NCBI RefSeq assembly: GCF_009914755.1
Contig: NC_060948.1
From: the human T2T-CHM13v2.0 reference genome, Homo sapiens
Strand: one strand, 5' to 3'
DNA length: 64,000 bases
Of the stretch, positions 54,272 to 64,000 are shown piece after piece (the first letter of the stretch is position 1; each line of letters opens with the position of its first letter). Below the pieces are notes generated by a model. It did no database searches, was not told the origin of the DNA, and saw only the letters and a list, made by a program, of their open reading frames with translations. Both the position numbers and the translations under genes were made by a program.

Positions 54272-57200
54272 GAACTGGAAGTGAATGGACAGGAACGTAA
54301 TATATTGCTATGTAAGTTATTCAAATGGAATGGAATGCAATCGAATGGAATGGACTCGAATGGAATGGACTGGAATGGAATGGACTCAAATGGAATGGAA
54401 AGGAATGTAATGGAATGGAATGGAAAGCAAAGGAATCTACTGGAATAGAATCGAACGGAACAGAAAGGAATGGAATGGAATGGAGTGGAATGGACTCGAA
54501 TGGAATGTATTCGAATGTAATGGACCTGAAAGGAATGGAATCCAATGGAATGAAACTGAATGGAATCAAAAGGAATAGAAAGGAATAGAGTGTAATTGAA
54601 TGATATCGAAAGGAAGGGAATGGAATGAACTCGAATGGAATGCACTGGAATGGAATGGACTCGATCAAAACGGACTGGAGAGGAATGTACACAAATGGAA
54701 TGGAAACGAATGGAATGGAATGAAATGGAATGGAATGAAATGGAATTGAAAGGAACGGAATCAAATGGAATGGAATGGAATGGATTGGAATAGAATGGAT
54801 TCAAATAAAATAGAATCGATGGTAATGGTATTGAATGAAAGGGACTTGAATGGAATGGAAAGCAATGGAAGATATTGGAATCGAATGGCATCAAATGAAA
54901 TGGAATGGAACGGAATGGAACGGAACCGAATGGAATGGAATGGACTCAAATGTAATGGACTCCAATGGAATCGACTGAAATATAATAGTGTCGAAAGGAA
55001 TGGCCTCGAGCGGAATTTATTTGAATAGAATGGAATCAAATGGAATACAATACCATTGAATGGAATCGAATGGAATGGAATCGAATGGAATGGAATCAAA
55101 TGGAATGGAACGGAATTCAATATAATGGAGTAGCATGGAATGCATTGGAAAGGAGCAGAGTGGAATCGATTGGAATGGAATCGAGTGGAATGGAATCAAT
55201 GGGAACAAAATCGAATTGAATGGACTTGAATGGAATTGACTCGAAAGGAATTGACTCGAAAGGAATGGACTGGAACAAAAAGGAATCAAATGGACAGGAA
55301 TGGTATGGAATGGACACGAATGGAATGGAGTCAAATGCAAACGCATCGAATGGCATGGATTCAAATGGAATGCAATTGAATGGAATAGAAAGGAAGAGAA
55401 TGGAATTGAGAGTAATGGAAAGATATCGATTGGAATGAAATGGATTGGAAAGGAATTGAACGAAAAGGAATGGAGTGGAAAGAAATGGATTGGAATGGAA
55501 TGTTCTCTAATGGAATGGACTGGAATGGAATGGAATCGAATGGAATGAAAAGAATGGAACGGAATGGAACGGAAAGGAATAGAACGTTATGGAATCCGAT
55601 TGGACAGAATGGAATGGAATGGAGTTTCATGAAATGGAGTCGAATAGAGTGTCCTCAAAAGGAATGGAATGGAATGGAGTGGACTCAAAAGGAATGGACT
55701 CGAAAGGAATGGAGTCCAACCAAATTGAATCAAATGGATTGGAGTCGAACAGAATGGAATGGAATGGAATGAAGTCGACTGGAGTAGAGAGGAATGAAAA
55801 GGAATAGAATGGAATGTAATCAAATGGATTGCAAGTGAATGGAATCAAAAATAATAGAAAGGAATGGAGTGTAAAGGGATGATATTGAATTAAATGGAAT
55901 GGAATGGAATTTAATGGAATGGAGACGAAGGAATGGACAGGAATGTAATGGACTCCAATGGAATGGAATGGATCAAAATGGATTTGAACAGATTGGAATC
56001 GAACGGAATGGAATGCAATGGAATGGAATGGACTCGAATGGAGAAGAGACAAATGGAATGGAAACGAATTCAATGGAATTGAAAAGAATAGGATGGAATG
56101 GCGTGTAATGGTAAGATACTAAATGGAATGGAATTGAATGGAATGGAATGGACCCAAATGTAATGCACTCGAAAGGAATATACTCAAATAGAATGGAATC
56201 GAAAGGAAAGGTCTCAAATGGAATTTATTCAATACAATGGAATCGAATGGAATGCAATAGAATGGAATGGAATCGAATGTAATGGAATCAAATAGAATGG
56301 ACCAGAATGGAATGGACTGCCATAGAACGGACTGCAGTGTAATGGATTGAATTCTAATTCATTCAAATGGAATGGAATTGAATGGAATGGAATCCAATGG
56401 AATGGATAGGATTGTACTGGAATGGAATAGCATGGAATGCAACGGAGTGGAATGGAGTTGAATGAAGTGGAATGGAATCGATTGGAATGGAATCAAATGG
56501 AATGGACGGGAATGGAATGGACTGGAAGAGAACAGACTCGAATTTAATGGATTGCAATGTAATTGATTCAAATGGAATGGAATCGAATGGAATGTAATAA
56601 AATTGAAGGGATTTGAGTTCAATGCAATGGAATAGAATGGAATGCAAAGGAAAGGAAAGGTACGGAGTGAAATCGAGTGTAATGGAATCGAATGGAATGA
56701 AATCGAATGGAATGGACTCAAAAGAAATGGAAGAGGGACAAAACGGAATCGAACTGATTGGAATCGAACGGAACGGAATGGAATGGAATGGTCTCCATTG
56801 GATCGGAGTAGAACGCACTGGAATGGAATGGAATGAAATGGAATGGAAAGGAATAGAATGGAATGGAATGGAATGGAATGGAATGGAATGGAATGGAAGG
56901 TAATGGAAAGATATCGAACGGATTGGAAAGGAATGGAATGGACCCTAATGGAATGGAATGGAATTCAACAGAAACGAATGGAATGGACTGGAGTGAAATG
57001 GAGTCAAATGTAATTGACTGGAGTGGAATGGACTCGAAAGGAATGGACTCGAATAGAATGGACTGGAATGGATTGTACTCGAATGGAGTGGAAAGGAATA
57101 AAATGGATTCCACCAGATTGGAATGGAACAGAATGTAATGGAATGGAATGGAATGCAATGGAATAGCTCCAATGGAATGGAGTCGAATGCAATGGAACAG

Positions 57201-59971
57201 AAAGGAAAGGAATTGAATGGAATTGAAAGTAATAGAACAAAATGGAGTGCAAAGGAAAGATATTGAATGGAATGGATCGAAAAGAAATCGAATGGAATGG
57301 TCAGGAATGGAATGGAATAGAATGGAATAGACTGGCGTGCAGTGAAAACTAATGGAATGGAAACGAATGGAATGCAATGGAAAGGAATGGAGTAGAATAA
57401 ATACTATGGAATGGAATGGAGGCGAAAGGAAAAGAATAGATTGGAATGTCTACGAATGGAAAGATATGGAATGGAAAGGAATGGATACGAATGGAATGGA
57501 ATAGAAAGGAACGGAAAGGTAAAGAATGGAATGGAATCGGATAGAATGGAATGCAATGTAATGGAGTCGAATGGAAAATAATCGTGTAGAATGATATCGA
57601 ATGGAATGGAATTGAATGGAATGGAATGGAATGGACTCGAATGGAATGTACTCAAATGGATTAGAATAGAATGGAATGGAACTAAACGTAATGAACTCGA
57701 ATGGAATGGACACAAATAGAATGGAAGAGAAAGGAATGGTATTGAATGGAATTTATTCGAATAGAGTGGAATTCAATGGAATGCAACAGTGTGGCATGGA
57801 ATCAAATGGAATGGAATCGAATGGAATGGACCCGAGTGGAATGGACTCACATAGAACAGCCTCGAATGTAATGGATGACAATGTATTAGATTCGAAAGGA
57901 CTGAAATCGAATGGAATGTAATCAAGTAGAACGGAATTGAATGCATGGAATGGCATAGAAAGTAACGCAATGGAATGGAATAGACTGGAATGGAATGGAA
58001 TCGGATGGAATGTAATGAAATGTAATGGAAGGAATGCCATGGAATGGAATGGAATGGAATGCAATGGGACGGTGTATAATGGAGTGCAATGGATTTCAGT
58101 GGAATGTAGTCAAAAGGAAAGAAATAGAATGGAATTCAATATAATGGAATGGCATCCAATGGCAAGGAATGGAGCGTACTCCAATGGAAACGACATGAAA
58201 GGAATATAATAAAATGGAATGGCATTGAACGAAATGGAATGCAATGGAGTTAAAAGGTAAAATATCGAATGGAAAAGAATTGAATGGACTCGAAAGGAAT
58301 ATAATGGAATGGAATGGACTCGAATGGAATGTACTAGAGTTGAATGGAATCGAATGGAATGGAAAACAATGGAAAGGAAAGGAAGGGAATTGAAAGGAAA
58401 GGAATAGAATGGAATGGAGTCGGATGGAACGGAATTGAATGGAATGGAAACTAAAGGAATAGAATAGAAAGGAATCGCATTGAATGGAATGGAATAGAAT
58501 GGAATCAGATGGAACAGAAAGGAATGGAATAGAATCGAATGGAATGGCATCGAATGGATGGAATGAAATGTAATGGAATGGAATAGAAAGGAATGGAATG
58601 GACTCGAATGGAATGTCCTCAAATGGAATAGAATAGAATGGAATGGAAGTAAATATAATGGACTCGAATAGAATGCATTGGAATAAATTGGAATTGAGTG
58701 TATTGGATTCGAATGGAAAGGAATGGAATGGAATGAATGGAATGGAATGGAAGGGAATGGAATGGATTCGAATTGAATGGAATGGAATGGAATGGAATGG
58801 AATGGAATGGAATGGAATGGAATGGAATGGATTCGAATGGAATGGAATCGAATGGAATGGAGCGAATTGGAATGTAATTGAATGGAGTCAAAAACAGTAG
58901 AAAGAAATAAAGTTTCATCGAATGATATCGAATGGAATTGAATGGAATGTACGCGAATGGAATGGACTGGAATGGAATGGAGTGACATGTAACGGAATCG
59001 AAAGGAATGGAATCCAATGAAATGGAATTGAATGGAATAGAAATGAATAGAATGGAATGGAGATTAACGGAAAGATATTAAAATAATGGAATGGAATTGA
59101 GTGGACACGAATGGAATGGACTGGAATGGAAAGGACTCGAATGAAATGGAGCGCATTAGAATGGACTGGAATGGAATGGATTGGAGTGGAATGGTCTCGA
59201 ATGGATTGGAAAGGAATGGAATGGAAAGGAATAGAATGGAATGTAATCAAATGGAACGAAATGGAATGGAATGGATTCGACTGGAGCAGAATTGAATGGA
59301 GTGGAATTGAATGGAATGGAATGCAATCGAATGGAATGGACACGAATCAAATAGAATGAAATGAAATGGCATAGAATGGAATGGAATGGAATGGAATGGA
59401 ATGGAATGGAACGGAATGGAATTAAATGGAACGGAATGGAATGGCATGGAATGGAATGGCATGGCATGGAATGGAATGGAATGGAATGGAATGAAATGGA
59501 TTGGAATGGGATGGGCCCAAAAGTAATAGACTCAAATAAAAGGGACTCAAATAGAATGAACTGGAAAGAAACGGTCTCGAATGTAATTTATTCGAATAGA
59601 ATGATATTGAATGGAATGCAATAGTATGGAATGGTATCGAATAGAATGGAATAGAATGGAATGGAATGGAACGGAATGGAGTGCAATTGAACCGACTCAA
59701 ATGCAATAAATTGCAATATAATTGATTCAAATGGAATGGAATTGAATAGAATGTAAACAAATGGAATGGAAGGCAATGCAATGGAAAGGAATCGAATGAA
59801 ATGGAATAAATGGAATGGAATGGAATGGAATGGAAAGGACGCGAATATATTGGACTGTTAAGGAAAGGTGTCAAATCGAATTTATTCCAATAGAATGGAA
59901 TCGAATGGAATGCAATACTATTGAATCGAATCGAATGGAATGGAATTGAATGGAATGGACAGGAATGGAAT
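54272..59971 (+). repeat. HOR period 5, full length (5,700 bp)
   Basis: Marker at 54272 and 59972. It carries an ~80 bp expansion at ~58700-58860. Confidence 0.9.
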
Positions 59972-62900
59972 GAACTGGAAGTGAATGGACAGGAACGTAA
60001 TATATTGCAATGTAATTTATTCAAATGGAATGGAATGCAATCGAATGGAATGGACTCGATTGGAATGGACTGGAGTGGAATGTACTCAAATGGAATGGCA
60101 AGGAATGGAATGGAATGGAATGGAAAGCAAAGGAATCTACTGGAATAGAATCGAACGGAACAGAAAGGAATGGAATGGAATGGAGTGGAATGGACTCGAA
60201 TGGAATGTATTCGAATGTAATGGACCTAAAAAGGAATGGAATCCAATGGAATGGAATTGAATGGAATCAAAAGGAATAGAAAGGAATAGAGTGTAATTGA
60301 ATGATATCGAATGGAAGGGAATAGAATGAACTCGAATGGAATGCACTGGAATGGAATGGACTCGATCAGAACGGACTGGAGAGGAATGTACACAAATGGA
60401 ATGGAAACGAATGGAATGGAATGAAATGGAATGGAATGAAATGGAATTGAAAGGAACGGAATCAAATGGAATGGAATGGAATGGAATGGATTGGAATAGA
60501 ATGGATTCAAATAAAATAGAATCGATGGGAATGGTATTGAATGAAAGGGACTTGAATGGAAAGGAACCGAATGGAATGGAATGGACTCAAATGTGATGGA
60601 CACCAATGGAATCGACTGAAATATAATAGTGTCGAAAGGAATGGCCTCGAGCGGAATTTATTTGAATAGAATGGAATCAATTGGAATACAATACCATTGA
60701 ATGGAATCGAATGGAATGGAATCGAATGGAATGTAATCAAATGGAATGGAACGGAATTCAATATAATGGAGTAGAATGGAATGCATTGGAAAGGAGCAGA
60801 CTGGAATCAAGTGGAATGGCATCGAGTGGAATGGAATCGAGTGGAATGGAATCAATGGGAACAAAATCGAATTGAATGGACTTGAATGGAATTGACTCGA
60901 AAGGAATTGACTCGAAAGGAATGGACTGGAACAAAAAGGAATCAAATGGACAGGAATGGGATGGAATGGACACGAATGGAATGGAGTCAAATGCAAACGC
61001 ATCGAATGGAATGGATTCAAATGGAATGCAATGGAATGGAACAGAAAGGAAGAGAATGGAATTGAGAGTAATGGAAAGATATCGATTGGAATGAAATGGA
61101 ATGGAAAGGAATTGAATGGAAAGGAATGGAGTGGAAAGAAATGGATTGGAATGGAATGGTCTCCATTGGAATGGACTGGAGTGGAATGGAATCGAATGGA
61201 AGGAAAAGAATGGAACGGAATGGAACGGAAAGAATAGAATGTTATGGAATCCGATTGGACAGAATGGAATGGAATGGAGTTTCATGAAATGGAGTCGAAT
61301 AGAGTGGCATCAAAAGGAATGGAATGGAATGGAGTGGACTCAAAAGGAATGGACTCGAAAGGAATGAAGTCCAACCAAATTGAATTAAATGGATTGGAGT
61401 CGAACAGAATGGAATGGAATGGAATGAACTCGACTGGAGTAGAGAGGAATGTAAAGGAATAGAATGGAATGTAATCAAATGGACTGCAAGTGAATGGAAT
61501 CAAAAATAATAGGAATGGAGTTTAAAGGGATGATATTGAATATAATGGAATGGAATGGAATTTAATGGAATGGAGACGAAGGAATGGACAGGAATGTAAT
61601 GGACTCCAATGGAATGGAATGGATCAAAATGGATTTGAACAGATTGGAATCGAACGGAATGGAATGCAATGGAATGGAATGGACTCGAATGGAGAAGAGA
61701 CAAATGGAATGGAAACGAATTCAATGGAATTGAAAAGAATAGGATGGAATGGCGTGTAATGGTAAGATACTAAATGGAATGGAATTGAATGGAATGGAAT
61801 GGACCCAAATGTAATGCACTCGAAAGGAATACACTCAAATAGAATGGAATCGAAAGGAAAGGTCTCAAATGGAATTTATTCAATAAAATGGAATCGAATG
61901 GAATGCAATAGAATGGAAAGGAATCGAATGTAATGGAATCAAATAGAATGGACCAGAATGGAATGGACTGCCATAGAACGGACTGCAGTGTAATTGATTG
62001 AATTCTAATTCATTCAAATGGAATGGAATTGAATGGAATGGAATCCAATGGAATGGATAGGATTGTACTGGAATGGAATAGCATGGAATGCAACGGAGTG
62101 GAATGGAGTTGAATGAAGTGGAATGGAATCGATTGGAATGGAATCAAATGGAATGGACGGGAATGGAATGGACTGGAAGAGAACAGACTCGAATTTAATG
62201 GATTGCAATTTAATTGATTCAAATGGAATGGAATCGAATGGAATGTAATAAAATTGAAGGGATTTGAGTTCAATGCAATGGAATAGAATGGAATGCAAAG
62301 GAAAGGAAAGGTACGGAGTGAAATCGAGTGTAATGGAATCGAATGGAATGAAATCGAATGGAATGGACTCAAAAGAAAAGGAAGAGGGACAAAACGGAAT
62401 CGAACTGATTGGAATCGAACGGAATGGAATGGAATGGTCTCCATTGGATCGGAGTAGAACGGACTGGAATGGAATGGAATGAAAAGGAATGGAAAGGAAT
62501 AGAATGGAATGGAATGGAATGGAATGGAATGGAATGGAAGGTAATGGAAAGATATCGAACGGATTGGAAAAGAATGGAATGGACCCTAATGGAATGGAAT
62601 GGAATTCAACAGAAACGAATGGAATGGACTGGAGTGAAATGGAGTCGAATGTAATTGACTGGAGTGGAATGGACTCGAAAGGAATGGACTCGAATAGAAT
62701 GGACTGGAATGGATTGTACTCGAATGGAGTGGAAAGGAATAAAATGGATTCCACCAGATTGGAATGGAACAGAATGTAATGGAATGGAATGGAATGCAAT
62801 GGAATAGCTCCAATGGAATGGAGTCGAATGCAATGGAACAGAAAGGAAAGGAATTGAATGGAATTGAAAGTAATAGAACATAATGGAGTGCAAAGGAAAG

Positions 62901-64000
62901 ATATTGAATGGAATGGATTCAAAAGAAATCGAATGGAATGGTCAGGAATGGAATGGAATAGAATGGAATAGACTGGCGTGCAGTGAAAACGAGTGGAATG
63001 GAAACGAATGGAATGCAATGGAAAGGAATGGAGTAGAATAAATACTATGGAATGGAATGGAGGCGAAAGGAAAAGAATAGATTGGAATGTCACCGAATGG
63101 AAAGATATGGAATGGAAAGGAATGGATACGAATGGAATGGAATAGAAAGGAACGGAAAGGTAAAGAATGGAATGGAATCGGATAGAATGGAATGCAATGT
63201 AATGGAGTCGAATGGAAAATAATCGTGTAGAATGATATCGAATGGAATGGAATTGAATGGAATGGACTCGAATGGAATGTACTCAAATGGATTAGAATAG
63301 AATGGAATGGAACTAAACGTAATGAACTCGAATGGAATGGACACAAATAGAATGGAAGAGAAAGGAATGGTATTGAATGGAATTTATTCGAATAGAGTGG
63401 GATTGAATGGAATGCAACAGTGTGGCATGGAATCAAATGGAATGGAATCGAATGGAATGGACCCGAGTGGAATGGACTCACATAGAGCAGCCTCGAATGT
63501 AATGGATGACAATGTATTAGATTCGAAAGGACTGAAATCGAATGGAATGTAATCAAGTAGAACGGAATTGAATGCATGGAATGGCATAGAAAGTAACGCA
63601 ATGGAATGGAATAGACTGGAATGGAATGGAATCGGATGGAATGTAATGAAATGTAATGGAAGGAATGCCATGGAATGGAATGGAATGGAATGCAATGGGA
63701 CGGTGTATAATGGAGTGCAATGGATTTCAGTGGAATGTAGTCAAAAGGAAAGAAATAGAATGGAATTCAATATAATGGAATGGCATCCAATGGCAAGGAA
63801 TGGAGCAGACTCCAATGGAAACGACATGAAAGGAATATAATAAAATGGAATGGCATTGAACGAAATGGAATGCAATGGAGTTAAAAGGTAAAATATCGAA
63901 TGGAAAAGAATTGAATGGACTCGAAAGGAATATAATGGAATGGAATGGACTCGAATGGAATGTACTAGAGTTGAATGGAATCGAATGGAATGGAAAACAA
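59972..64000 (+). repeat. HOR period 6, full-length type, cut off by the window end
   Basis: Marker at 59972. It reads through the deletion site into GTACTCAAATGGATTAG (~63279) like the full units and has a private 65 bp deletion near 60555. Confidence 0.88.

Larger units (their letters stand above)
1..64000 (+). repeat. Satellite III (HSat3) array, diverged (GGAAT)n / (CATTC)n, typical of pericentromeric, acrocentric-arm or Yq heterochromatin
   Basis: The entire window is GGAAT pentamers and 1-2 nt variants (GGACT, CGAAT, AGAAT, TGAAT, GCAAT, GTAAT, CAAAT) in one orientation. It lacks the GAATCATC/ATG interruptions typical of HSat2. The chromosome of origin cannot be determined from the window. 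Confidence 0.97.
35430..64000 (+). repeat. Young HSat3 higher-order (nested tandem) repeat, ~5.6 kb unit with 3,361 bp variants
   Basis: GATTCCACCAGATTGG occurs at 39174, 44765, 48121, 51481, 57106 and 62747 (spacings 5591, 3356, 3360, 5625, 5641). GCGCATTAGA occurs at 35629, 41141, 53491 and 59151. The ORF track repeats with the same offsets. Confidence 0.95.

Noticed and set aside
1-64000. Hundreds of ORFs, up to 494 aa (35754-37238, minus strand)
   Set aside because: These are translations of the pentamer (IPFHS/MEWNG). The CATTC strand is inherently poor in stop codons. They overlap in all frames and show no domains or gene structure.
1-64000. HSat2, telomeric or alpha-satellite identity
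   Set aside because: I saw no GAATCATC-type HSat2 units, TTAGGG tracts, 171 bp monomers or CENP-B boxes.
1-64000. Canonical heat-shock elements at GAATTTATTCGAA / GGATTCGAA
   Set aside because: The spacing does not fit nGAAnnTTCnnGAAn and the GAA units are mostly direct repeats, so no discrete HSE can be called.
1-64000. Inversion breakpoint or Alu/L1 insertion
   Set aside because: There is no (CATTC)n tract on +, no poly-A tail or target-site duplication, and no non-satellite island longer than a few tens of bp.
1-64000. Assignment to a specific HSat3 subfamily or chromosome
   Set aside because: The absence of CAACCCGA(G/A)T interruptions and the abundance of GGACTCGAAT are suggestive, but a call needs k-mer classification or mapping that I cannot run.

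Overview
The whole 64 kb window is human/hominid Satellite III (HSat3): a diverged (GGAAT)n array with the purine-rich strand on + throughout. I saw no strand inversion, transposon insertion or unique sequence. Every ORF in the track is a translation artefact of the pentamer (MEWNG.. on +, IPFHS.. on -). I found no gene, CRISPR array or new enzymatic system, and the real information is in the repeat architecture. (1) Positions 1 to ~35,430 are an old, heterogeneous layer. It is built from a recurring ~0.9 kb motif cycle and carries local tandem duplications (310, 510, ~524 bp) and dispersed duplicated blocks (offsets ~2.1, ~4.9, ~5.1, ~7.0, ~7.5 kb). (2) At ~35,430 it switches abruptly to a young, homogeneous higher-order repeat (HOR) of ~5.55-5.7 kb. 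This contains two 3,361 bp deletion-derivative periods. Their junction lies in a 40 bp in-register homology that is also a length-hypervariable pentamer tract, and variant sharing points to unequal crossover and conversion between copies. All coordinates and offsets were read by eye from marker k-mers and may be off by a few bp. Block boundaries are approximate.
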